From: an uncultured Mollicutes bacterium
GTDB lineage: Bacteria > Bacillota_I > Bacilli_A > RFN20 > CAG-288
DNA length: 64,000 nucleotides
Assembly (NCBI GenBank): GCA_900539865.1
Contig: UQDS01000003.1
Span: forward strand, 10,477-74,476
Direction of reading: 5' to 3'
The notes beneath the pieces are model-generated. The model worked only from the letters and a program-made list of their open reading frames with translations, was not told where the DNA came from and searched no databases. Below are positions 10,227 through 20,500 of this stretch, in pieces; positions within the stretch are counted from its first letter, which is position 1, and every line of letters begins with the position of its first letter. The position numbers were made by a program, and so were the translations under genes.

Positions 10227-11408
10227 CTAGTAAAGAAGACCATCTTCTTTTAATGAATCTACGTTTCCTTCAATCAGCGGTTTCACAAAGTCGAGATAGC
10301 TTTCTAAAATATTATCCCCTTCTTCGTTGATGTAACAAAGAGGCAATGAACTTGCACTTTTACGGCAATCTTTTAAATCTATCTTGCCGTATTTTGCCTG
10401 ATAAGGATTGGAAGAGACACGCTCAATAGTAATCATTTTTCCGCTGTCTTCCAACGATGTATAATAAGCTTCTTTTCCCACTTCATACGCTTCATCAGAA
10501 TCGCATTTGGAAAGCATAAAAGAAGAAGCGCGGTTTAACACAGATAACTCAAGATATCTTGCAGGATATCCTTTTTGAGCAAAGAGAGAACAAAGATAAG
10601 AAGAAACACCACCGACTAAAGTGTTGCCAAAGACATCCTTGCTCTTTCTTGTAGAAGCGATCAACTGGCGATTCTTATCTTTAATTCCTTCCGATACTAC
10701 AATTATACAGTGCCCTTTTTCTTCATAAGTACGAATCGCTTTTTCCATGAAGAGATCCACATCAAAGTCCACTTCAGGGACATAAATATAGTCAGGAGCC
10801 ATATTGCGCAAAGAAGCAAGAATTGCACTTGCAGCCACAAATCCGGCATCTCTTCCCATCGTTTCAAGGATGAAAATTTTACTTTTTTTGTAAGAGTATT
10901 CATCATAGGTTGCTGCAATAAGCGCATTGGCGACAAATTTTGCAGCAGTGCCAAATCCCGGAGTGTGATCACATCCAAACAAATCGTTATCAATCGTTTT
11001 AGGAACGCCGATGACATGGCATTCATAATCGTATTTCTTACAGTACGAATCGATCTTAAAAGCCGTATCCATCGAGTCATTTCCACCGTTACAATAGACA
11101 TAACGAATCTGATATTCTTTTAAAATTTCAATCACTTCTTTTCCGATTGGATCATCTAAATCATCCGGAAGCATCTTGCGAATGGATCCAAAGTGCGCAC
11201 CTGGTTCGTAACGGAGATAGGAAAGGGAAGATTCCACCTTCTCTAACGATTTGTTTAAGAGAGAAGAGATACCATAACGCGAGACATAAAATACATCTTC
11301 TCTTTTTTCTTTTAAGAAGGTTTCATATAAGCCTAAAAAAGATGTGTTGATGACAGCGGTAGGACCGCCAGATTGCAAATAAACGACATTACCTTTGCTC
11401 TGATTCAT
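10227..11408 (-). CDS. pfp: 6-phosphofructokinase with sequence hallmarks of the pyrophosphate-dependent type
   Basis: 393 aa, PFK family (GGPTAVIN, PKTIDNDL, MGRDAG). It has GGNDS where ATP-PFKs have GGDGS, and PKTIDND where they have PGTIDND. Confidence 0.8.
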   Translation of the reverse strand: MNQSKGNVVYLQSGGPTAVINTSFLGLYETFLKEKREDVFYVSRYGISSLLNKSLEKVESSLSYLRYEPGAHFGSIRKMLPDDLDDPIGKEVIEILKEYQIRYVYCNGGNDSMDTAFKIDSYCKKYDYECHVIGVPKTIDNDLFGCDHTPGFGTAAKFVANALIAATYDEYSYKKSKIFILETMGRDAGFVAASAILASLRNMAPDYIYVPEVDFDVDLFMEKAIRTYEEKGHCIIVVSEGIKDKNRQLIASTRKSKDVFGNTLVGGVSSYLCSLFAQKGYPARYLELSVLNRASSFMLSKCDSDEAYEVGKEAYYTSLEDSGKMITIERVSSNPYQAKYGKIDLKDCRKSASSLPLCYINEEGDNILESYLDFVKPLIEGNVDSLKEDGLLY

Positions 11409-11414
11409 ATTACT

Positions 11415-14400
11415 TTACTCCTTTGACTCTGTTTGTTGTTCAGCTTCCCGCTCTAATCTAAGACGCTTTTTATCGTTTCTTTTAACGGCTGCAAAATAGA
11501 TGACAAAGAGGAAATAAATAAACGCGCCGAATAAAGTGATCATACCGCCTAATTTAAAGTAAGGTGTCGCATAAGATACGACATAGTCTACCTCGCCAGG
11601 TTCTGCGATAAAGCCGATAAAACCGCCTTGTGCCTTATAAGTCTGCACTTCTTTGTACTTCGTCTTACCGTCTTCATCTTTCGTGATCTTTTGCACGGTC
11701 CAGCCTTTTTGAAGCGGTATGTTAAGAACGACAAAACGTGCTTCATCATAATTTGTAGAGAAATAAGTTTCGTTTTCGTTGCGTTTCGAAATTTGAATCG
11801 CGTACTTCTTCAACTCATCAATCGCTCTTTGATAATCGCTGTTACGAGTGATATAAACATAAGGTTTGCTCAAATAACACGGATCGTTTTTATTTCCTTC
11901 TTTCACAATGCCTAAAATTTTGGAAACGGGGCGATCAACATAATAGCCATGCGCCGTTTTATATTTGACCGTATCTCCAGAATGTTTGGCAAAGGAAATC
12001 AGATGATCGTTTTCATCAAAGAATCTCCACTCGATTTGATTTCCAGAGAAGATGGAGATATAACTTCCCGTCTCTGGCTTTGTCGGATCAGCATCCGGAC
12101 AGAAAACTGTCTTGTTGCCTTTTCCGTCATAGGGGGTCAATAATATCTTGGAGTTATATAAGACGTTCTTATCAAAAGTATTGCTATCGAAATCAATGAT
12201 TGTATCTGCGGGGCGAATACCGTTTGCGTATTCCCAAGGGTGTTCTTGCTTATACTGCTCTAAACATGAAGTGTCATACGGTTTTTCCGGATCACACTGA
12301 GCATATTCTCCACTGGGACGACTTTCGGTCGCTGGCCAGTTTGCAGCGTAAACTGTCACTTTCATTTTGGCAAGAGAACTTGCAGAAGAAGAGTAAATTT
12401 GAATCGGTTTGGAAGGCTTCGGATGAGAGGTGTCATAAATATAATCAATCGTAGGATCATAAGGGACATAATCTTGGTTGACAGAAGAGATCATATTTTG
12501 GAATTCTTTTGCCTGATCTTTCAATTTCGGTCTATCCTTTAAAATATCTGTCGTGGGATAATTGTCGCCAAAGAAGTTGACTTTACCAGCAGAAAATTTA
12601 TTTTCAAAGACAAATTTATTGAAATCTTCATCATCGAGCATAGCCGAACGAAGTAAAGGATATTCATTGATATCTTCATATAGATTGTAGACAAAAGGAT
12701 CATCGGCTTGTTTATAGTTGAGATTTGTGGCTAACCAAGCAGAATTTATAACAGAGTCGAAAGAGAAGCCAAGATCGATGAAATTCGTGTTGACATATAA
12801 AGATTTTGTGCACTCATCACTTCCTAATAAATCAAGCAGTTCACTGGTGTAATTGACGTCCAACAGCTCTTTTTCTTCTTCCGTAAGATCCAAGATATTC
12901 TTATAACCATAAGGAATATCATAATCGCTTGCCCAGACAGCATAACCATTTGCGTCGTTGCGATAAGGATATGCTCTCGGCGTTGCTAATGTAGGATTGG
13001 TGCCATCGACAAAATTAGGATCGACCCGATTGAGCAAATAATATTTTGTACCTAAGAAAGTTTCTAAGTTCACACGGCGATTATAAATACCCATAGACCA
13101 GTTGCGATATCCATGCGGAATACGCGAACGATCTAAGAAATCTTGCGCACCAAAAGGATAGACAGAATGAAATGCCGCCAAGCCAGAATATCCTTCTCTG
13201 ATAGAAACGTTTGGATTATTTCTTGTTGCAGACGTGTTATAGATACGATAATAGTCCTCGTTGTTTTCTGACTCTTTTAACATTTCTACAATTCTTGTTT
13301 CAATAGGATAATCTTCCATTTTAGAGATGTTGGACAAGCCGTGACCGTAAATGGTAGCATTCGCCATGATGACAATATTCAACGACATCAAGCCTAAGGT
13401 GGTTACACCAAAAGCTTTTCGATGGAAAAGCGGCCTCATCACAAAGTAACAAACCGCTAAGAAAATACTGGAAAAGACAATCAAAAGCATCTTGTCATCC
13501 CAATAGGATCCGCTGAAGCGATTCGGATTTGCTTCCACTTCATAAATAAGGAGATAACAAGCGACTACATATAAGGCGGAAACAACCACCATAGATAGAT
13601 CCATGAAAGAAGTCGGTATTTTTTCTCGTTTCTCTAATGTCAAACAATTCCAAGTGATCATGTATGAGATGGGAATGATGAAAAAGCGAGCATAAGGAAC
13701 GGTAAAAGCAGAGAAGAGATAGAAACCAATCGGTGTCATCGTCAAGGTTCCAATACCGATAAATCCCAAAATATAAGAGATTTTCTTTTCGCGGAACGCA
13801 TCGAAAAGTGAAACAAAAGTCAACAGTAACATCGGCGTAGTTGCATAAAGAGAACCAGCGAGATTATCGTAATAATTCACATTGAGCAAGTTCGAGCTAT
13901 AACAATCGTCAGCCATAAACAAGAAGTTTAAAAGAGGAGTCACTTGATTATGTTGCTGACTTTTTGGGAAAAGGAAGAGCGCATGCAAAAGCTCTCCGAA
14001 AGAATTGCTTCCTAAGAGCGTGTCTAGATAAGAGCTTTCTTCCACTCGAGGCATACCCATAGCGACGTTCATGCCCGGCAAAAGGACAAAGGCTCCTAAG
14101 AAGACCGCGACAATAAACGCCATCATTCCAACGCCTAATGTGGCCATATTCTCACCATAGGTGTGTTGATTCATTCTTTGGAAATAACGGAACATCGCAT
14201 AAAGGAATGCGCCGATCATATAAACAACCATAAAGAAATAACTCGTCATGGCCACCAAGAAGAAGCCCATCATAAAGATGCGCGGATCATTGCGTCTTAA
14301 AATACGTTCAATGCCTAAGAACACCAAGGGCAAAAACGCGACAGAAGAGATGAAGTGGAACCAAAGATAAACCATCGAATAACCAGAAAAGGCAAAAGCC

Positions 14401-14909
14401 AATGCGCCGATTGTTCTATTGCGACTGGAAAGTTTAAACTCGCCAAGATACCAATAGAAGAGCATTCCGGCAACCACCATTTTTGGAACAAAAGATAATC
14501 CCTGTAAAACCAAAAGCCAGGAGCGAGGGAAAATGAGCATCGCTAAAAAGAAGGGGTCAAAAATATAATAAAAAGAGTTTCCCCCAATATTGTCTATTCC
14601 TAAAAATGTTGTTCGGTCCCACTGCGGGAAAACGCCTGTCCTGAAGAAATAGTGCCAGTCGTCATACCCGTTGAACAAAAACGTCATTTCTTGCATGGAG
14701 TAATCTCCGCCAAGAGGTACCGTAAAACCATTGCGCACCCACGTGAAGATGAAACAAAGATTAGCGACAACAAGAAGCCAATAGAAGCACTGCATCGCTC
14801 CCTTAGGATGAAGAAAGGCATCTTTGATTTTTCGTCCAAAGGCAGAAATAGATTGACTGATTTGAGAAACGACATCGCGTGTTTTTTCTTTTATTGCCTG
14901 TGTATCCAT
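11415..14909 (-). CDS. YfhO-family polytopic membrane protein (putative surface-polymer glycosyltransferase) with a large extracytoplasmic domain
   Basis: 1,164 aa. About 13 TM segments fill the first ~520 aa, followed by a ~580-aa soluble region, one C-terminal TM segment and a K/E-rich tail. This topology is typical of YfhO. The family call is by pattern only. Confidence 0.55.
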   Translation of the reverse strand: MDTQAIKEKTRDVVSQISQSISAFGRKIKDAFLHPKGAMQCFYWLLVVANLCFIFTWVRNGFTVPLGGDYSMQEMTFLFNGYDDWHYFFRTGVFPQWDRTTFLGIDNIGGNSFYYIFDPFFLAMLIFPRSWLLVLQGLSFVPKMVVAGMLFYWYLGEFKLSSRNRTIGALAFAFSGYSMVYLWFHFISSVAFLPLVFLGIERILRRNDPRIFMMGFFLVAMTSYFFMVVYMIGAFLYAMFRYFQRMNQHTYGENMATLGVGMMAFIVAVFLGAFVLLPGMNVAMGMPRVEESSYLDTLLGSNSFGELLHALFLFPKSQQHNQVTPLLNFLFMADDCYSSNLLNVNYYDNLAGSLYATTPMLLLTFVSLFDAFREKKISYILGFIGIGTLTMTPIGFYLFSAFTVPYARFFIIPISYMITWNCLTLEKREKIPTSFMDLSMVVVSALYVVACYLLIYEVEANPNRFSGSYWDDKMLLIVFSSIFLAVCYFVMRPLFHRKAFGVTTLGLMSLNIVIMANATIYGHGLSNISKMEDYPIETRIVEMLKESENNEDYYRIYNTSATRNNPNVSIREGYSGLAAFHSVYPFGAQDFLDRSRIPHGYRNWSMGIYNRRVNLETFLGTKYYLLNRVDPNFVDGTNPTLATPRAYPYRNDANGYAVWASDYDIPYGYKNILDLTEEEKELLDVNYTSELLDLLGSDECTKSLYVNTNFIDLGFSFDSVINSAWLATNLNYKQADDPFVYNLYEDINEYPLLRSAMLDDEDFNKFVFENKFSAGKVNFFGDNYPTTDILKDRPKLKDQAKEFQNMISSVNQDYVPYDPTIDYIYDTSHPKPSKPIQIYSSSASSLAKMKVTVYAANWPATESRPSGEYAQCDPEKPYDTSCLEQYKQEHPWEYANGIRPADTIIDFDSNTFDKNVLYNSKILLTPYDGKGNKTVFCPDADPTKPETGSYISIFSGNQIEWRFFDENDHLISFAKHSGDTVKYKTAHGYYVDRPVSKILGIVKEGNKNDPCYLSKPYVYITRNSDYQRAIDELKKYAIQISKRNENETYFSTNYDEARFVVLNIPLQKGWTVQKITKDEDGKTKYKEVQTYKAQGGFIGFIAEPGEVDYVVSYATPYFKLGGMITLFGAFIYFLFVIYFAAVKRNDKKRLRLEREAEQQTESKE

Positions 14910-15016
14910 TTCAATAACCCATATGTATATATATTAAAACATTTATAGACCTGTTTTCTATCATAAAAATATCGCTTTCTATCCTAAAGAAGCAAGTTTG
15001 CTGTTATACTAAGAGC

Positions 15017-16393
15017 ATGCATATACACAAATTGCTCGATTGGACCAAACGCTATCTCTACTCCTTCTTTTATCCGCTCACATTAGCGTTACTCGCTTTT
15101 CTCATCTGGCTTACTCCCGGAAACTGGTCTTATATACCGGCGAGCGTCTTTAGTTTGCTCAGCTTTTTACCCTTGCTTGGAAATAAAGGAAAACCCTATT
15201 TACCAGTGACTCTCTTTTTAATCACTGTTTCTAACCAAGAGTTTAGACTCGATCAAATCCCTGGGACACTCTTACTTACCGGCGTCTGTGCAATCCTTTC
15301 AGGTATGACGTTCATCCTTGTATATAAAAAGAAAATGGTTTTAGGAAAAACATTCCTTTCTGTAACCGCAATTTTTGTTGCTTTCGCATTATCTTATATT
15401 TATAACATGATTCTTAACCGCTCCTATGACTTCAATAGTTTTGCCTATATTATGTTAGCGATGCTCGCTGTTATTGTCTCAGTCTTAATCGCAACAGTCT
15501 TAGGCAGAGAAGAATCTTTAACCTATTTGTCTATGACGATTGCCCTACTTGCAATCATCATCACGCTAGAGAGTTTCACAACGATTCTCTCAACGCAAGG
15601 ATTTGGTTATGCTGGTCCTGATTTTGCACTCGGTTGGACTAAAAATCTCGGTACCCCCTCAACCTTCCTTGTATGTTCTTTGCCTTTTTTCAGCATTTTA
15701 ATCAACAAAAAACAATATCTTTATATTCTCGGTGAACTCTTTGTCCTCTTCGGTATCTTCATTCTCTCTTCCTACAGCGCCATCCTTTGCCTCACCATTT
15801 CCATTTTCCCAATGATTTTCCTCACCTTTAGAAACGAAGGTAAACGCTACCCTTACTTCATTCTTGTCTCCATTTTAATCACCGCTGCCGTCTTATCCAG
15901 CATCATCTCTTACGACCCTGTTTTCAACAAGAATTTCATCAACGCAATCCGCAGCTTAAATTTACACAGCTCTTATCCCGATGGACGTCTTAGCATTTAT
16001 CAAGAAGGCTTTGCTCAATTTATCAACAGCCCGCTCTTCGGTGTCTCTATCGCCGGAAGAGTCAATGAGGGTGTTGCAATCCTAGCAAAGAACACTGTGC
16101 TTTCTAGCATGGTCTTAGGCGGCTTTCTCGGTTTGATTGCCTACGTTGGCTTTTTGATCAATCTCTACGTTGTCATATTCAAAAAGAAATGTAAAGAACA
16201 GCTGCTTTTCTTCCTCTTTGTCATCATGGTTCAAATCATTGGTATTGTCGACAACTCCTTCTTTGAATTACCCGTCTTGCTTCTCTTCTTAACCGCTCTT
16301 TCTACTTATCAGATGTCCAACAGACCACAAGACGCTGTAGTGTATCAAGAGAGTTTCGAATTGAATCATTCTGAATTATTGGATAAAAGATAA
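15017..16393 (+). CDS. O-antigen ligase / Wzy-like polymerase family membrane protein
   Basis: 458 aa with ~11 TM segments. A loop reading GRLSIYQEGFAQFINSPLFGVSIAG resembles the Wzy_C (O-antigen ligase) motif. Divergent from the YfhO-like gene. Confidence 0.55.
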   Translation: MHIHKLLDWTKRYLYSFFYPLTLALLAFLIWLTPGNWSYIPASVFSLLSFLPLLGNKGKPYLPVTLFLITVSNQEFRLDQIPGTLLLTGVCAILSGMTFILVYKKKMVLGKTFLSVTAIFVAFALSYIYNMILNRSYDFNSFAYIMLAMLAVIVSVLIATVLGREESLTYLSMTIALLAIIITLESFTTILSTQGFGYAGPDFALGWTKNLGTPSTFLVCSLPFFSILINKKQYLYILGELFVLFGIFILSSYSAILCLTISIFPMIFLTFRNEGKRYPYFILVSILITAAVLSSIISYDPVFNKNFINAIRSLNLHSSYPDGRLSIYQEGFAQFINSPLFGVSIAGRVNEGVAILAKNTVLSSMVLGGFLGLIAYVGFLINLYVVIFKKKCKEQLLFFLFVIMVQIIGIVDNSFFELPVLLLFLTALSTYQMSNRPQDAVVYQESFELNHSELLDKR

Positions 16394-16436
16394 AAAACGT
16401 GACGAGATATTTCACTCGTCACGTTTTTCTTTTTTT
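16394..16436 (+). terminator. Rho-independent terminator
   Basis: AAAAACGTGACGAG-atatttca-CTCGTCACGTTTTT is followed by CTTTTTTT. Confidence 0.75.
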
Positions 16437-16689
16437 GTAATTCTAAGAGATCGTTTTACTCATGTATACGATCTATATTTTTATAAAAGCCCTTACATCA
16501 AAACAAAAAATAAATTTTTCTTTTAAAGAAACCGCTTTTATACAAAGTTTGTTCTAAAATTGATGTTTACAAATAAAGAACAACTGCTTTATTTATTTCT
16601 AAAAAATCCGATAGTTATCGCATTTTATTAAAATTAATAATTGTAAAAATTTTTTTAAAATTAAAACATAAATTTTTTTGCAAAATTGC

Positions 16690-16718
16690 TTGACATTATC
16701 TTTATAACCTAGTATATT
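16690..16718 (+). promoter_or_regulatory. Sigma-A type promoter
   Basis: TTGACA (16690-16695), a 17-nt spacer, then TATATT (16713-16718). Confidence 0.5.
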
Positions 16719-16724
16719 TATATT

Positions 16725-16826
16725 CGCGTTCAGGGAAAACTTGATACGCCTAAAATTGATAATAAGTTCCAACATAAAAATTCCTTTTGCTCTCTCCGCT
16801 ATGCATCTGCGTAGCGGAGTTTTTTT
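16725..16826 (+). ncRNA. Candidate ~100-nt small RNA or terminated leader upstream of the Nudix gene
   Basis: Bounded by the promoter above and a hairpin, CTCCGCTA-tgcatctgcg-TAGCGGAG plus T7 (16794-16826). No RBS-preceded ORF lies inside. The ORF-track TTG start at 16741 runs through it. Confidence 0.3.
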
Positions 16827-16893
16827 ATGTTCTTTTACAACAGAGATAAAAATTCTAATTATAATATATAAAGAAAATCAAGGAGAAGCACCT

Positions 16894-17307
16894 ATGACAA
16901 AAGAATACAGCTATGGCGCCGTCGTATATAAAAGAGAAAAAGATGTGTTATTCATTTTATTAGAGTATATGAAATTAGGGCACATTTCTCTTCCAAAAGG
17001 TCACATTGAAAAAGGAGAAACGCCAGAAGAATGTGCTCTCCGCGAAATCAAAGAAGAAACTTCTTTAGACGTCAACTTGAACACTGACTTTCAATACACT
17101 ATCACCTATTGTCCTTTTCCTAACGTAAGCAAGGACGTCACTTTTTTTCTAGCCACTCCTAAGACAGATAACCTCACACCCCAATTGGAAGAAGTGAATC
17201 GCGTCAGCTATGTGGAAGCAAGCGAGGCGTTAAAGTTGCTCACACACGAATCTGACAAAGAGGTATTAACCAACGCTTTGCAGTATATCCAATCTCACGA
17301 CCTATAA
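16894..17307 (+). CDS. Nudix hydrolase (Ap4A-hydrolase-like)
   Basis: I place the start at ATG 16894, preceded by the RBS AAGGAGA. Nudix box GHIEKGETPEECALREIKEETSL. 137 aa. Confidence 0.85.
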   Translation: MTKEYSYGAVVYKREKDVLFILLEYMKLGHISLPKGHIEKGETPEECALREIKEETSLDVNLNTDFQYTITYCPFPNVSKDVTFFLATPKTDNLTPQLEEVNRVSYVEASEALKLLTHESDKEVLTNALQYIQSHDL

Positions 17308-17336
17308 ACCGCCGTTCAATCAGCGCGTTATTCCAT

Positions 17337-17366
17337 GCACCTTCATGAATAGAAGGTGCTTTTTTC
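17337..17366 (+). terminator. Rho-independent terminator
   Basis: GCACCTTC-atgaata-GAAGGTGC is followed by TTTTTT. Confidence 0.75.
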
Positions 17367-17469
17367 TTTCTTTTTTTCAACACTCGTACAAGAGTGTTCA
17401 AAAGTCAATTTTATTCATTCTTCTCAAGTGAAAAAGAGACACCCTTCATCCCCTTTTTCACCCCGCCTT

Positions 17470-17478
17470 TGCTATAAT
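17470..17478 (+). promoter_or_regulatory. Extended -10 promoter element for the helicase gene
   Basis: TGCTATAAT lies 30 nt upstream of the ATG at 17508. A GAGG RBS is at 17496-17499. Confidence 0.4.
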
Positions 17479-17507
17479 AAAAACAAGTTACTTTTGAGGC
17501 GGAAAAC

Positions 17508-20500
17508 ATGAATCAATACACATTAAGCAAATGGGCCGATCTTTTATTAGATACCGGAAAAAGAAACAATCTTATCAATTTTAACAGCAACACCGCAAGC
17601 AGCGTAGAAATCATACAACCGAATTTTCAAAGTGTTTTTGATGCCATAAAACATCGTCGAACCTTAGAAATTTATAACCCAAAAAGTATCTTTGATGAAG
17701 ACGACGGCAGTCTGAAGAAAGAAGTGAACATTCCCCGTCAAGAATATATTCGCATCCACGGATTTAAATTAAAAGGAAGACAAGTCTTAATTTATCATCC
17801 TCTTTACAACCCCATTTCTTCCATCAAAGGCTTAAAGAAAAAAGCAGCATCTGTCATTGAAGAAACAGGTATCAACATCCTGTATATGGCGTTTGGCTTT
17901 GTCAATTGGAAAGAGAAAGATAACAGCGAAGACATCATGAGCGCTCCTTTGCTTTTGGTTCCCATTTCCATCAGCAACGAATCTGCTATTTCACCTATTT
18001 GCATCAATGTTATTGAAGATGATATTCTCACTAACCCAACTTTTGTTTATAAACTGCAACAAGAATATGGAATATCTTTGCCGGAATATGAAAATGAAGA
18101 GGACGATGACGTCCTTCATTATTTACATAAATTAGAGGACATTTTCCTTAAGCTCGATTGGCATATTGATTATTCGTGTAAAATTGCGCTTTTCTCCTTT
18201 CAAAAGCTCAATATGCACAACGACTTAAAGGATAACTGCGATATCATCATGGAAAGTCCAAATGTTCGCGCTCTTTCCGGTGAATCCATCTCTCAAGGAA
18301 ATTTAAGTCCAATATCAATTGAAAAATCAACGAATCCGCTGATTGAGTTACACAATGTTGTCGATGCGGATTCAAGTCAGATCGAAGCGATTGAAATGGC
18401 AAAACAAGGAAAGAGTTTTGTCTTACAAGGTCCTCCGGGAACCGGAAAAAGTCAAACGATCACCAACATCATTGCCGAATGTCTTTACGATGGGAAAAAA
18501 GTTTTGTTTGTCTCAGAAAAAATCGCAGCATTGAATGTCGTTTATGACAAATTAAAGAAAGCGAAATTGTCTGAATTTTGTTTGGAATTACATAGTCATA
18601 AAGCAAATAAAAAAGACTTTATTCAACAGCTCTATGACACTCTTCATTTACCAAAATACGAATTAAAAGAAGATGCGTTAAACGAATTGGAAACGCTAAA
18701 AAATGCACAACAACAATTGGATGAATATGACCATCAACTTCATCTGATCCATCCAGAGATGAACGAATCCGTCTACCAAATGCACGAAGAATATAACAAA
18801 TATAGTCATACACCCAACAGCAATTATTTAATACCGGATATTGCCTCTAAAGACAAAGAATATCTTTTAAAAGCCGAAGAGCTGTTAAATCACTATGTCA
18901 GCTTTATCTCAACGCTTGGTTACGACTACCACCAAAGCATATTCTACGGTTTCCAAATTCAAAACACATCACAAAGTTCATTAAGTTCGTTATATCGCGA
19001 CTTTACTCAATCGCGTCTTTACATAGAAAAAATCGATCAAATAAACGATAAAATTCTGCCTGAGTACGGCCTTAAAATCCGCAATCTAGAGACACTCGAT
19101 ACCATTGAATCCCTTATTCTCTTAATAAAAGACAGTCAGTTCATCATCCCTGAAGATTTTGAAATAAACACCTTAAATGACAATATAAATCTCTACCAAA
19201 AATTCAAGGGTACATTAGACTTATACAATGATAGAACACAAAAATTAAATGAGCATTTTAACAAAGGTATATACGAATTAAACGGAAGAGAATTAAAAGA
19301 AAAATTTGAAGATAAATATTCAAATTGGTTTAAGCGTTTCTGCAGTCGCAAGTATAAAAAAGACCGTAAAGAAATTCGAGTGCATCTACTAAATCCCGAT
19401 GAAAAACTTAACTTCAAGTCTCTGAAAAATTATGCCGAAATACTCTTTGATTCCCAAAGCGCAAGAAATCAATTTGACAAACTTGTCGCCAACCCTGCTT
19501 TTACCATCACCGAAGGTTTTCGCGGATTGCAAAGCACATTCGACGACGCTTTAGAAGAGCTTACGAAATTAAAGACACTTCTTTCTTCCTTAGGTTTTGA
19601 AACAAATCTCTCTACACTTACCTATCAACAGTTTGTCACGGAAAAGGGCGAATTTAAAGCAATCGGAGAGGAACTAGAGCAATTACATCTCACTTATGGC
19701 GAATCCTTCCAACGCATTAACGACGCTTTCGACACGAATCTTTTCAACCCGAGAAAACACACGCTAGAGCAGTTGAAATATCATTACCAGCAGATGTCTG
19801 ATCAAATCGAAAAGCTACCAGATTGGTGTCATTTCTTACAAGATTTAACAAGAATGAGAGAGCTCGGTGTCTCTTCTTATTTAGATACATGCTTAAAAGA
19901 AAAAGTTCAAAAAGAACACATTGTATCTATGTATCACAAACAGTTCTACGTCCAATGGATGGAGCATTTGATTCACCTAGATCCCGTCTTGTCATCTTTC
20001 TATCGTCTCCCCCATGACGAAGCGGTAAACGTCTTCCAAAAAGAAGACAAAATAAACTTTGAAATTAACAAATCTAAGATTAAATCCAAGCTCTCTTTCA
20101 CTCGTCCTGATTTGAGTCTCGTCATTCCGGGAAGCCCCACAGCAACCGTCTTAAGAGAGGGAGAAAAAAAGAGAAAGATTAAAAGCATCCGAACACTTCT
20201 TGCAGAAGTTCCGGAGACCATTCAAAACATCAAACCTTGTTTTCTTATGTCCCCCTTAAGTGTCAGCACCTATTTAAGCCCTCATATGAAATTCGATGTC
20301 GTCATCTTTGACGAAGCCTCTCAAATCTTCCCACAAGATGCCATTGGAGCCATTTATAGAGGCAATCAACTCATTGTTGTCGGTGACTCTATGCAAATGC
20401 CTCCAAGTAACTTCTTTAACACGATTCGCGTCAGTGATATCGACGATAAAGATGAAGATGAAAACCTCTCAGATTATGAATCCATTTTAGATATTTGTTC

